Shown piece after piece: positions 47,825 to 58,012 of a stretch of DNA of 64,000 nucleotides. The notes beneath the pieces were generated by a model. The model was not told the origin of the DNA. It worked only from the letters and a program-made list of their open reading frames with translations, and did no database searches. The position numbers and the translations under genes were made by a program. The stretch is from an uncultured delta proteobacterium (GTDB lineage: Bacteria; Desulfobacterota; WTBG01): positions 1,206,998 to 1,270,997 of the forward strand of contig CAWCBP010000001.1 of assembly GCA_963793865.1 (NCBI GenBank), written 5' to 3'. How positions within the stretch are numbered: position 1 is the first letter of the stretch; the number at the start of each line of letters is the position of its first letter.

Positions 47825-50301
47825 AGGTTGTCACCAAGTCCTTCCTCCGTTATCTCGTTCGACGCCGTTCTCTCAGTTGTCTGCAATTGCTCGGCATTGC
47901 CTGCGGGGTTGCGGCAGCTGTCGGCATGTTCTTCTCCTCCCGAACCGCCCTGTTAAACTTTTCCAATGCGGTTACTTTTTTAGACGGCAACACCACCCAT
48001 ACCATGCAGCGACCTGCAGGTCCCCTTGAAGAGGTAGTTCTGGTCGATCTCATCCACGATCCTGCCGTCGAAGCACTCTCTCCGGTTATTGACCGAATGA
48101 TTCTTCTCAACACGGGGGAAACGGTTCGTATCATGGGTTTGGATGTATTCCTTGATAAAGACATCCGGTCCAAATTCGCGGCGTTTTCTCTTTCTGCAGA
48201 ACAGTCCCGCGAGGCAACCCTTGCTTTCTTAATGGAAGAGCGAGCCGTACTCATCGAAAACCGTCTGGCAGAAAAACTCGGTTCAGAACACGGTGATACG
48301 ATTGGGACAAACCGTGGAACCCTGGAGGTAATTGGCACCTTCTCAAGCCCTGCGGCTGAACCCCTCATGATAATGGACATAGGTCATCTGCAGAAATTGT
48401 TCAATCTGGGGGGGAAGATAGATCGGGTTGATCTCGCCCTTTCAGACGACGGGGGTTTTCGCTCACGCTTCAACCGGGGCTTTCTCATACAGTCGAACAG
48501 TGAGCGCAAATCTTCTTCACAAAATCTGCTCAGGGCGTTCCGGTTAAATGTGGAGGCGCTTTCACTCCTGGCCCTCTTCGTGGGTGTTTTTCTAATTTAC
48601 AATACCGCTACCTTCGCCGTTGTAAGTCGCAGCAAAGATGCGGGCGTTTTGAGAGCGCTCGGGGCGCGAAAGAGTGAAATTGTTTTTGCCTTTCTTCTTG
48701 AAATCCTGGCCTTGGGGATGGTGGGGGGATGTTTGGGCGGTATTCTGGGATATTTTTTGAGTTATTTTTTTACCGCCCTGTTGGGCAAAACGATCAGCAA
48801 TCTTTACTTTTTTCTGAATGCCGGTTCGCCCGCATGGTCGTGGTGGGTTCTTCCCTACGGCATATTGATAGGTTCCGTTGCCAGCATGCTCGGGGCCTTA
48901 TTCCCCCTCGCCGACCTGGTGCGTGTGGAGCCGGTCAGAGCACTCTATGGACGCCGCGCACATCGGGCTGCGTCAAAAATAACCGGCCGGGCTGCTGGTG
49001 CCGGTCTTGTAGTGTGCGCCGTGAGCTTTGTCCTGTTTACCATTGCATCACGTCATGTCTATGCGGGCTTTGCGGGCGCTTTTTTTCTTCTCACCGGGGC
49101 AAGCCTTCTAACCGGACTGCTGATCGTTCTGCTTGTTCCTGTCCTCTCCCGGTTTTTTGAAAGATTCGCGGGGATTACCGGAAAAATCGCCGCCACCAAT
49201 ATCGGGCGAAATTTCAGCCGGACTGCCGTGGCAATAGCGGCCTTTATGGTTGCCCTCTCCATGCTCATCGGCCTTGGTTCCATGATCGGCAGTTTCCGCA
49301 GTTCCCTCATCTGGTGGATGAATTGCCAGCTTAAAGGGGATTTCTATCTTTCCTCCCAGGGCATAATGTCCATACCCGAACCGCTCTATGCAGAGCTTGC
49401 CGGGGTACCCGGCGTCGCGGGAGTCGACACCTATCGAAACGTACCGGTTAACTATCAGCAAACGACGGTCAATGTTTCTATGGTTGACGCATCGGTTCTC
49501 CAGCAATTCTCCGATTTTGCATGGCTGAGCGGTGGTAATGAAAATTGGGAATCAGTCAAACAGGGGGCAGTCATTGTCTCGGAAAGTTTTTACAACCGTT
49601 TCGGGCTCGGTACCGGCGATACCATTACGCTCAATGGAATTGATGGTCCTCAGACGGTAACCATTGCAGCGGTTTTTTACGACTATACCACCGAACATGG
49701 CTTGATTATGATGGACCGCGCCACCTACCGTGCAATTTTTAGAGACCAGACCATAGACAGCCTGGCCGTTTTTCTGGATCATGCTGCGGACCGGAACGCC
49801 ACGGTTGAAGCTATACAACGGATAGCCCGGAGCTTCGGAATACCGCTCGCCAATCAGAAGGAACTGCATGACGGTATTTTAGAAGTATTTGACACAACCT
49901 TTGCACTTACCAGGTCCATGCGTTTTCTTGCAATTGTGGTGGCCTTCTTCGGCATCGCCGGGGCACTGCTCACCCTCTTCATCGAACGCCAGCGGGAGTT
50001 CGGAATATACCGGGCACTGGGATTTTCGACCCGACAGGTCGCCGGCATAACCGTTATGGAGGGGATTGGAATGGGGATCATCAGTTTTATCCTCTCGATT
50101 TTTGTCGGAACGCTGCTTGCCTGGGTTTTGATAAAGGTAATAAATTTTCAAAGCTTCAACTGGACAATTTTTTATCATTTTTCTTTAAGCCATTATAGTG
50201 TGGCAGCCGCCACTTCCATTGCGGCAAGTGTGGGTGCTTCGCTGTATCCAATCCTGAAGATATGCCGCACCTACCCGCAGATACAAATTCGGGAAGAATG
50301 A
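47821..50301 (+). CDS. FtsX/MacB-like ABC permease
   Basis: Two FtsX-type halves (LRALGA, YRALG); ATGA overlaps at both ends. Confidence 0.9.
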   Translation: MKVVTKSFLRYLVRRRSLSCLQLLGIACGVAAAVGMFFSSRTALLNFSNAVTFLDGNTTHTMQRPAGPLEEVVLVDLIHDPAVEALSPVIDRMILLNTGETVRIMGLDVFLDKDIRSKFAAFSLSAEQSREATLAFLMEERAVLIENRLAEKLGSEHGDTIGTNRGTLEVIGTFSSPAAEPLMIMDIGHLQKLFNLGGKIDRVDLALSDDGGFRSRFNRGFLIQSNSERKSSSQNLLRAFRLNVEALSLLALFVGVFLIYNTATFAVVSRSKDAGVLRALGARKSEIVFAFLLEILALGMVGGCLGGILGYFLSYFFTALLGKTISNLYFFLNAGSPAWSWWVLPYGILIGSVASMLGALFPLADLVRVEPVRALYGRRAHRAASKITGRAAGAGLVVCAVSFVLFTIASRHVYAGFAGAFFLLTGASLLTGLLIVLLVPVLSRFFERFAGITGKIAATNIGRNFSRTAVAIAAFMVALSMLIGLGSMIGSFRSSLIWWMNCQLKGDFYLSSQGIMSIPEPLYAELAGVPGVAGVDTYRNVPVNYQQTTVNVSMVDASVLQQFSDFAWLSGGNENWESVKQGAVIVSESFYNRFGLGTGDTITLNGIDGPQTVTIAAVFYDYTTEHGLIMMDRATYRAIFRDQTIDSLAVFLDHAADRNATVEAIQRIARSFGIPLANQKELHDGILEVFDTTFALTRSMRFLAIVVAFFGIAGALLTLFIERQREFGIYRALGFSTRQVAGITVMEGIGMGIISFILSIFVGTLLAWVLIKVINFQSFNWTIFYHFSLSHYSVAAATSIAASVGASLYPILKICRTYPQIQIREE

Positions 50302-51461
50302 GATCCACGCGCATGTGTCGTACCGGTTTAAAAAAGATTGTCAGCAAATCCTTAACAGCAGGTTTTCTCATTACGGTTGCCGCGCTCTGTTTTCAGCTTC
50401 GTTTCTCTCACGCGCAATCCGGGAGTGAGTGGCAAAAGGCAATTCACCCACACAGCTGGAATTTTCCGCGTGATCACGGGGCTCACCGGGAATACCGGAC
50501 AGAGTGGTGGTATTTCACCGGCAACCTGTCTGATGCCGCAGGCGCACGTTTCGGATACCAGCTCACCTTTTTTCGCTTTGGAATAAGCAGATCCACCTTG
50601 ATGGATGATAATCCCTGGCATCTTCGTGATCTTTTCATGGGACACTTTGCCGTTACTGAAGAAGCAGAAAACAGATTTCGCTTCGCCGAACTGATTTCCC
50701 GGGAGGGTCCCGGCCTGGCGGGTGCATGGAGCGGGGGCATGAAAATCCGGCTTTTAAACTGGTCCGCTGTAATGGAGGACTCAAGTATTCACCTTGAGGC
50801 AAAAGACGGTCCATTAAAACTCGATTTGGTACTCAAACCACGCAAACCCCTTGTGTTTCATGGTAATAATGGATTAAGCATGAAGGGAGAAGGCACGGGA
50901 CAGGCATCCTTTTATACCTCCTTTACGGATATTGCCACAGAGGGGTCCATCAGGATTGAAACCAATGGTCCCGCCACACCGGTTCGGGGTACAAGCTGGT
51001 TTGACCACGAATTCGGATCAAACCAGCTCGCTCTCGATCAGGAAGGATGGGACTGGTTTTCGCTGCACCTGTCGGATGGAAGTGAGGTAATGCTCTATCT
51101 GCTTCGCAAACAAGGCGGATTAACGGAACCGGTTGCATCGGGAACATTTGTCAACCCCGACGGCAGCACACAGCACCTTTCTCTCAGCGATTTTTCTCTC
51201 GTGGTATTAGACCATTGGGAAAGCCCGCGAAGCGCGGCGCACTACCCCTGCAAGTGGCGTCTTCTCATTCCCTCGCGCGGCGTTGATCTGCTGGTTACCC
51301 CGCTTATTGCAAATCAGGAACTCATTACCACAGTCTCGACAGGCATTATCTATTGGGAGGGAGCGGTTACGGGAGATGGATTTGCAGGGAATACAAAGAT
51401 CACCGCTGAAGGTTACATTGAACTCACCGGATATGCAGGCAGCCTGGGGGGTCTTTTCTGA
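50298..51461 (+). CDS. AttH/CrtC-like lipocalin-domain protein
   Basis: FPRDHGAH....EWWYFTGNL, WFDHEF, GWDWFSL and YWEG...GYIELTGY. Confidence 0.9.
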   Translation: MRSTRMCRTGLKKIVSKSLTAGFLITVAALCFQLRFSHAQSGSEWQKAIHPHSWNFPRDHGAHREYRTEWWYFTGNLSDAAGARFGYQLTFFRFGISRSTLMDDNPWHLRDLFMGHFAVTEEAENRFRFAELISREGPGLAGAWSGGMKIRLLNWSAVMEDSSIHLEAKDGPLKLDLVLKPRKPLVFHGNNGLSMKGEGTGQASFYTSFTDIATEGSIRIETNGPATPVRGTSWFDHEFGSNQLALDQEGWDWFSLHLSDGSEVMLYLLRKQGGLTEPVASGTFVNPDGSTQHLSLSDFSLVVLDHWESPRSAAHYPCKWRLLIPSRGVDLLVTPLIANQELITTVSTGIIYWEGAVTGDGFAGNTKITAEGYIELTGYAGSLGGLF

Positions 51462-51481
51462 TTCCCCACGTGCATAACGGA

Positions 51482-51661
51482 GGGAGACGTTCGTGTGGAA
51501 ATTGCTTTACGGCAAAGAGGTGGCAGAGGAAGATACAGAGTATGCCACGCCATCTGAACGCTTTTATGCCTCACTATGGTAATGTAATGTTTAGCTCTTT
51601 GCATGGAAAAAAGAAGAATCGTTCTGGAGGTAAGCTGCGCAATCTCTGCACGAACGTCCCC
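51482..51661. repeat. Inverted-repeat-bounded element at the left edge of the AT-rich islet
   Basis: GGGAGACGTTCGTG ... CACGAACGTCCCC. Confidence 0.5.
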
Positions 51662-51915
51662 TCTTTTATAGAAGATTGAATTTTTTAACATTACTGAATC
51701 AATGTGACGGTAAATGTTTTCTTTACACTGCTTTCGGTAATTGCAAGTAATATCAAACGCCCACGATACCACAGGTTACATACTGTAACATAAATTGTTT
51801 TGCCTCTATATAAACAACCATCTGGCAGTAATATAAAATGTGAGGAGATTGCTGGGTTGACACAATGTAAAAAAGATGGTCAGTGGTCACAGTAATACCA
51901 CGAATGATGTTGGTA

Positions 51916-52803
51916 CTAATTTTTCTCCGCAGCTAATATGTCCTGCAATTTTGTATAAACAAAATCATAATATAGCTGATGTCCTGCTGGATTAAGACTG
52001 AACCCCATCGTACTGGTATACACCAGAGAATTGTGACACATGAGAGCCATATATTTCCTTAATGTGATTGAAAAAATCAATTATATATACACCTTGCTGG
52101 TCATGTATCCAGGGAATGAACTGTTGGTAAAAGTATTCAGCATTTGAGTTAATGGCAAAAAAGCAGCTACTTGTGTTTCTACAGGGCACTCTACCCCCGC
52201 CGAGATTTCCGTATCCAATTGGGCTATAAGAGATCCATATAACAGTCCTTCCCTGCCTGGTTAGACTCATGACAAGGCTTTTTGCCGCTTCAATCACAAG
52301 CTTCACATCTCCATGATAGAAAGTATCGAGGTAATTGAGATCATTATTGAGTAAAGCTAGTATGACATATTGAGCATCTGATTGTTCAATACAGCCTCTC
52401 CTGAATGTACAGCAGCACTCTAACTCTGTCATATCGCAGGACCAGTTGCAAACCCCATTCCCGGATGAATCTACACATTCTGTTGCCCAATCATAAATCT
52501 TCAAACCACCATAGCCACTCTCATTTGGCTTAAATGGATTGCATGGTAGTATGGACTTTATATCACGGTCCGGCTCGATACTCATTCCGGCCGGGGGGTT
52601 GGCCCTCAATCTGTTGAACAGTGATTTCTGATATAGGTCTCCTCCGTTAATTGATTCATAACAGCATGTTCCCGTACTGTCACCGGCAAAAAATATTTTT
52701 GTGTTGTCGAACCCAGAGCTTTCTGCCCGGTGATCATCAAAATAAGGGCAAGCAATAGTGCACTATTGAAAAGAGTCCCTCCGGAGACGTTTCCTTTTCC
52801 CAC
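51916..52803 (-). CDS. Secreted Cys-rich SGNH/GDSL hydrolase, broken by two indels (pseudogene or sequencing error)
   Basis: The signal-peptide ORF 52606-52803 joins the next frame KIFFAGDSTG (block I). Removing one base near 51998 gives DGVHLNPAGH (block V), ending at TAG 51916. Confidence 0.72.
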
Positions 52804-53339
52804 GATGCTTCTCCTTTGATAGAGTGAATGTTTTCCAAGTGACTCCGAAATGCTAGAGATTGTATTGCACGTCCAGTATGAGCCATTGGACTTTTTATGC
52901 CTGCAAATAAATGCCAGATGGCAAAGATCTTACTATTCGCAGAACCCATACTTTGTACTAACCTTTAATGTAGAGGTCAAGCGCATTCCACCCATTATAG
53001 CTAAATTAAGAATCTTGCAAGCTATATATAACAATCATGCTGGGTAGAAAGATACATCTGCAAACATGCATAAATTGAGGATGATGATTATGTGATGTTA
53101 CTACCATCTATATGAACCTAAAATATCCGAAGCACCATTCAATGTTACAAAATCAATTCCCGTTACACTGAATCCTTTATAGACATCCCTCCCTCTGCAG
53201 AGTAATTTAGCACCTGCCGTATATTCCTATCTACTTATAATTCCTTGCTCTAAATTAAGCACTTGCTTCGTTGTATCATATTTCTGTATAATAATTATCA
53301 GTGATACTTAACATTTTTTCACCTACGGGAGGAAGTAAA

Positions 53340-53570
53340 ATGAAATTTACCCGAATAACTGTTGATCCCCACCAGATGGATGGCGTTCCCTGCATAAGAG
53401 GACTTCGAATACCTGTTGCAACCGTTGTTGGCATGGTTGCTGACGGTATGTCAGAAGAGCAGATTCTCAGTTCGTATCCCGATCTTGAACACAAGGATAT
53501 CCAGGAAGCCCTGCAATATGCATCGGAAGCTGTTCGCGAGCGCGAAATCCCATTGCTAAAATCAAATTAA
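53340..53570 (+). CDS. DUF433-family protein (putative antitoxin)
   Basis: RITVDP..M.G.PCIRGLRIPV...G.S.E.IL..YP.L...DI..AL.YA. Confidence 0.92.
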   Translation: MKFTRITVDPHQMDGVPCIRGLRIPVATVVGMVADGMSEEQILSSYPDLEHKDIQEALQYASEAVREREIPLLKSN

Positions 53571-53603
53571 CCCCGCGGCGCCCGAAGCTTAATCACATCC
53601 ACA

Positions 53604-54096
53604 ATGTTACATTGCAAGCCCTTCCGTGAAATACGATTGCATAGCGACAAACCGCCTCAGGAATTTTCATGCGATCTATTGCATCACCAAGAAAAGTACG
53701 CGGTGCTGCGCTACGTCACACCCGGTTCTAACACTGTCGGCGCCATCGCCATTGAAAGAGGCTCCGTCACCATCGCCCATTACTGGGAGGACAGAAACTA
53801 TATCCTCTGGATATTTAAAAAACCGGATACTTCGATCATCGGTTACCTCTTTCACATCGCCCGCGATGTTGAAATCGGCGAAGACTTTGTCCGCTATGTG
53901 GATCTTGAGCTGGATATCTGGTTCAGTCCCGATGGGAAACCGACGGTACTTGATGAAGACGAAGTAAAGGATTATTATAATAAAGGCATCTTTGATGATC
54001 GGACAATCGCCTTAATCGAGGGGCAAAAAGCGGCAATCCTGGAAAACTTTCCGCACCATTATAAAAGATGTCTGGTCCGGTGAGGAGCCTTCCTGA
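53604..54096 (+). CDS. DUF402-family protein; probable 1-nt insertion near 54054
   Basis: YVDLELDIW..PDG...VLDEDE. The annotated stop is 54083; the alternative frame ends at 54096, 3 nt before the next ATG. Confidence 0.8.
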
Positions 54097-54099
54097 GCC

Positions 54100-54921
54100 A
54101 TGGCCAAGATAATTGTTGCCGCTGTGCAAATGAACAGCGGCTCCGAGAAAGATAAAAACTTGAGGCTGGCAGCTGATCTGGTCACAGAGGCTGCCCGTAA
54201 GGGAGCCCGATTGGTAGCCCTGCCTGAGCTCTTTAGCTGGCAGGGCAACTCACGCGAGATTCCCCTTGCTTCTGAATCTATACCGGGGGCAACCACGATG
54301 CGCATGGCTGAGCTTGCCGCCAGGCTCAAGATATTCCTGCTCTGCGGCTCCATCCTGGAGATAAACCCACGCGGTCCCAGGCCGTTTAACACCAGTTTCC
54401 TGATAAGCCCATCCGGCAGGATCACCGGTATGTACCGGAAACTCCACCTCTTCAGGGTAAGATTACCTAATGGGGCTTTTATAAATGAAAAAGCCGCTTA
54501 CTCTGCCGGAGCCGAAATCGTCACCGTGCCGACTCCCCTGGGCAGGATCGGTTTCAGCATATGCTATGATCTTCGCTTCCCGGAGCTGTACCGCGCCCTG
54601 GTTGATTGCGGGGCAACCATCATAGCAGTCCCCTCCTCATTTACCTTCGCGACCGGCAAAGCACACTGGGAGGTGCTGCTCAGGGCGCGCGCCATCGAAA
54701 ACCAGGTGTATGTAATCGCAGCCAACCAGCACGGCAAGGATCCCCAGGGCACCCAGCGCTACGGCCATTCCATGATCGTTGACCCCTGGGGAAATATTCT
54801 GGCATCACGCCGGGAGGGCAATGGAATAATCTATGCGCAGCTCGACCTCACATACCTGAAGCAAGTGAGAAAAAACCTTCCCTGCCTCCGTCAGAGAAGA
54901 AAAGATTTAATACGACAATAG
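54100..54921 (+). CDS. Carbon-nitrogen hydrolase (Nit1/NitFhit-like)
   Basis: LPE, YRKLHLF, ICYDLRFPE, HWEVLLRARAIENQ and GHSMIVDPWG. Confidence 0.93.
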   Translation: MAKIIVAAVQMNSGSEKDKNLRLAADLVTEAARKGARLVALPELFSWQGNSREIPLASESIPGATTMRMAELAARLKIFLLCGSILEINPRGPRPFNTSFLISPSGRITGMYRKLHLFRVRLPNGAFINEKAAYSAGAEIVTVPTPLGRIGFSICYDLRFPELYRALVDCGATIIAVPSSFTFATGKAHWEVLLRARAIENQVYVIAANQHGKDPQGTQRYGHSMIVDPWGNILASRREGNGIIYAQLDLTYLKQVRKNLPCLRQRRKDLIRQ

Positions 54922-54931
54922 ATTGAGCATA

Positions 54932-55098
54932 CCCCCTCACCCTCTTCCACGGGAGAATGTGTCCTATTAGGAAGTTTTGTCATTCCGAACGAATGTGAGG
55001 AATCTTATATAATTGATTTTGTTATCTTAGAAGATTTCTCGGTTCCCTCGAAATGACAATTTAGTGAATTGTGACACAGGCCCCGTCGGGGAGAGGGA
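54932..55098. repeat. Nested palindromic repeat cluster
   Basis: Outer CCCTCACCCTC/GGGAGAGGG, middle TGTGTC/GACACA, inner TGTCATTCCGA...TCGAAATGACA (54978-55058). Confidence 0.65.
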
Positions 55099-55169
55099 AT
55101 GAGCAATTTTCATGCATGGTGGTGCCTAATTGGCTACGGGGGGTTGTTTAGCAAAGCGAGGACGTCGTC

Positions 55170-56180
55170 ATGCAAGAGGCGCTTTTTTACCGCAAGGGAA
55201 ACAATCAGGAAGTGCACTGCTTTCTCTGCTTTCACTGCTGCACCATTCAGCCGGAGAAGACGGGTATCTGCGGGGTCAGGGAAAACCGCGGCGGTGTCCT
55301 CTATACCCTTGTTTATGGGAAGGCTATCAGCGAGGCGGTTGACCCCATCGAGAAAAAACCCCTCTTTCACTTTTACCCTGGTTCAAGATCCTTCTCCATC
55401 GCAACCGTCGGGTGCAACTTCAAGTGCCTGCACTGCCAGAACAGCAGCATCTCCCAGATGCCGCGGGATGAACGACGCATCGCCGGCGATGACCTGCCGC
55501 CCCAAACCATTGTCTCACTGGCCGATAAGTTTAGCTGCAAAAGCATATCCTACACCTATACCGAACCCACCGTCTATTTTGAATACGCATACGATACCGC
55601 ACGCCTTGCACGGGAGGCCCGGCTCACCAATGTGTTTGTCACCAACGGCTACACCGGATCGGAGGCGCTCACGGCCATAGGCCCATATCTTGACGCCGCA
55701 AATATCGATCTGAAAAGTTTTTCCGAGTCATTTTACCGCACGGTGTGCGGCGCGAAACTGCAGCCGGTACTTGATACCATCGCGCTGTACCACAAGCTGG
55801 GCATATGGATAGAAATCACCACCCTGATCATTCCCGGCCACAATGACTCGGACGATGAACTGCGGGAGATTGCGCAATTCCTCAAAGGACTTGACGAACG
55901 AATACCCTGGCACATAAGCGCATTTCATCCCACCTACCGCCTCACTGATGCAAGGAGAACGCCGGTCAGCACGCTCACAAGGGCCCGGGAAATAGGTTTG
56001 AGCGAAGGTCTCAGGTATGTGTACCAGGGAAACGTGCCGGGCGAAGAAGGCGAGAACACCTTCTGCTACAGCTGCAAAAAGCCCTTGATTCAAAGGCTGG
56101 GATTTACCATCGCCGAGAACAGAATAGTGGACGGCTCCTGTCCTTACTGTAAGGCAAAAATTGATGGGGTGGGAATGTAG
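55170..56180 (+). CDS. amrS: AmmeMemoRadiSam system radical SAM enzyme
   Basis: DPIEKKPLFHF.PG, GCNFKCLHCQN, YTYTEP and VY.GNV. Confidence 0.93.
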   Translation: MQEALFYRKGNNQEVHCFLCFHCCTIQPEKTGICGVRENRGGVLYTLVYGKAISEAVDPIEKKPLFHFYPGSRSFSIATVGCNFKCLHCQNSSISQMPRDERRIAGDDLPPQTIVSLADKFSCKSISYTYTEPTVYFEYAYDTARLAREARLTNVFVTNGYTGSEALTAIGPYLDAANIDLKSFSESFYRTVCGAKLQPVLDTIALYHKLGIWIEITTLIIPGHNDSDDELREIAQFLKGLDERIPWHISAFHPTYRLTDARRTPVSTLTRAREIGLSEGLRYVYQGNVPGEEGENTFCYSCKKPLIQRLGFTIAENRIVDGSCPYCKAKIDGVGM

Positions 56181-56380
56181 AGAGAGGGAACAGGGGTCAG
56201 GGAGCAGGGTCAACGAAACGGTCCACAGCAGGCAGTCCACACTCGACAGTAAAGAAAAAAAAGAGCCTTACACTCTTCGTGTGTTTCGTGGTTTAAAGCC
56301 CTTCCGGTCAGGGGTGTGGAAGTTAAAAATTATGAGGCGGTATCCAAGACTCCAGTACTCCATAACAGAAGCCACCCGCT

Positions 56381-57826
56381 ATGCTTGAACTCCTTCGCAA
56401 CTCAGCCCCCATCAAGACCGCCTATGAGATTGCCAAAAAAAACAATCATGAGATTTACCTGGTGGGTGGTGTTGTGCGGGACCTCCATCTCAAGGGTACC
56501 ATAAGCGAAGACATCGACTTCCTGGTCGCACGGGATGTGGAATCAATCGCACGGCAATTTGCCCGGGCATTTAATGGCAGCGTTTTCTGCCTTGACGAAA
56601 TCCGGGGTAATTACAGGGCCATCATTCAGGATAACGGTACATATCACACCGCGGATTTCGCCCCTTTGCTTGAGGGCGAGATCATCCCTGATTTAACCAA
56701 CCGGGACTTTAGCGTCAACGCCCTCGCCCTTGGGCTCAGTGACATCTTTGAAAAAGGTGAGTTGACCCTCATTGACCCAACCGGCGGCATGGAGGACCTG
56801 CAAAGAAAACGGATCCGGTCTTGTTCACCGCGCGCTTTTGAAGATGATCCGGTGAGGCTTCTGCGTGCGATCAGGTTTTCAAAACAATGTCATTTCACTA
56901 TTGAACCGGAAACCGAACGGCTCATCAGAGAAACAAAAGCAAGGCTTCTCACCTGCTCTTGGGAAAGGATCAGAAATGAATTCTTTATGATACTTTGCCG
57001 GCCGGGAGCCTCTGAATCGCTTAAGCAGCTTGACAGGCTGGAACTCCTGTCCATCCTCCTGCCGGAAATTGACGGCATGCGCGGCATGGATCAGGGCTCA
57101 CACCACGCCTACACCCTTTTTGAACATGCCCTTCGAACAGTTGATTACACGGAGATAATCCTATGCAATCCGGAACGCTTCTTTCCCCGGCACAGGGATG
57201 CGATCCAAAGCTATTTTTCACAAATAATCGAGGGCAACATTCCCCGGATAGCCCTGGTCCTTTTCATTGCCCTGCTCCACGATGTCGGAAAGCCTTCAAC
57301 CTGCCAAAAGCATGACGGGGAGATACATTTTTACGGTCATGAGCAGGCCGGCATGAAGATAGCCCGCCGGATTGCCGCCAGATTCAAGCTGGCAAACAAA
57401 ACCACAACCATTATATCAAAGGTTATTCAGCAACACATGCGGCCCCTGCAGTTGCAACTTCTGCAAAGGGTCACCGACCGTGCACGCTACCGGCTCATAA
57501 GGGATTTGGAGGGCACGCTTCTTTATACACTCATCCTGGCTCTTGCGGATACCATAGCCACACGCGATGGGAACATTGCTGATCCGCAGTCGATCCCGCT
57601 TTACCCGGTTATTGCTGATCTGTTGGACTATTATTACTGCAACCGGCCCGTAAAGGGTGAAACTGCTCTGCTCAGCGGGAATGAAATCATGGAAGCCTTA
57701 CAGTTGAAGCCGGGTAAAAAGGTGGGTGAGGTAATCGAGGAAATACGAGAAGGCGAGCGGCAGGGCCTCATATCCACAAAAGAGGAGGCACTGAATCTCA
57801 TTGCGGGTAAACATTCCCGCAATTGA
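56381..57826 (+). CDS. tRNA nucleotidyltransferase with HD domain (probably CC-adding type)
   Basis: VGGVVRD, DIDF, RDFSVNA, DPVRLLRAIRF, ERIRNE and LLHDVGKP. Confidence 0.88.
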   Translation: MLELLRNSAPIKTAYEIAKKNNHEIYLVGGVVRDLHLKGTISEDIDFLVARDVESIARQFARAFNGSVFCLDEIRGNYRAIIQDNGTYHTADFAPLLEGEIIPDLTNRDFSVNALALGLSDIFEKGELTLIDPTGGMEDLQRKRIRSCSPRAFEDDPVRLLRAIRFSKQCHFTIEPETERLIRETKARLLTCSWERIRNEFFMILCRPGASESLKQLDRLELLSILLPEIDGMRGMDQGSHHAYTLFEHALRTVDYTEIILCNPERFFPRHRDAIQSYFSQIIEGNIPRIALVLFIALLHDVGKPSTCQKHDGEIHFYGHEQAGMKIARRIAARFKLANKTTTIISKVIQQHMRPLQLQLLQRVTDRARYRLIRDLEGTLLYTLILALADTIATRDGNIADPQSIPLYPVIADLLDYYYCNRPVKGETALLSGNEIMEALQLKPGKKVGEVIEEIREGERQGLISTKEEALNLIAGKHSRN

Positions 57827-57854
57827 TTTTTATAATTATTGCTTATGGGCAAAC

Positions 57855-57882
57855 GTAGGGGCGACCGGCCGGTCGCCCCTAC
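57855..57882. repeat. GTAG-type REP-like palindrome, copy 2
   Basis: Identical to 3123-3150. Confidence 0.85.
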
Positions 57883-57940
57883 ATGATCTTACTCGCGATT
57901 TCCACATTAGAAAAGCAGCGTCAGTCAAACACCCATAAAG

Positions 57941-58010
57941 GGGGGACGCCCTTAAAATTCTAAGTTACCAATGCGCCAGAGAGAATGTTAGAATTTTAAG
58001 GGCGTCCCCC
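57941..58010. repeat. Perfect 23-bp inverted repeat
   Basis: GGGGGACGCCCTTAAAATTCTAA-N24-TTAGAATTTTAAGGGCGTCCCCC between convergent genes. Confidence 0.75.
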
Positions 58011-58012
58011 TC

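Noticed and set aside
56181..56295. Short repeats (CAGGG.TC, GTCCACA, TTCGTG) as a CRISPR array
   Set aside because: Only two or three degenerate 6-9-nt units, with no repeat-spacer periodicity and no cas genes.
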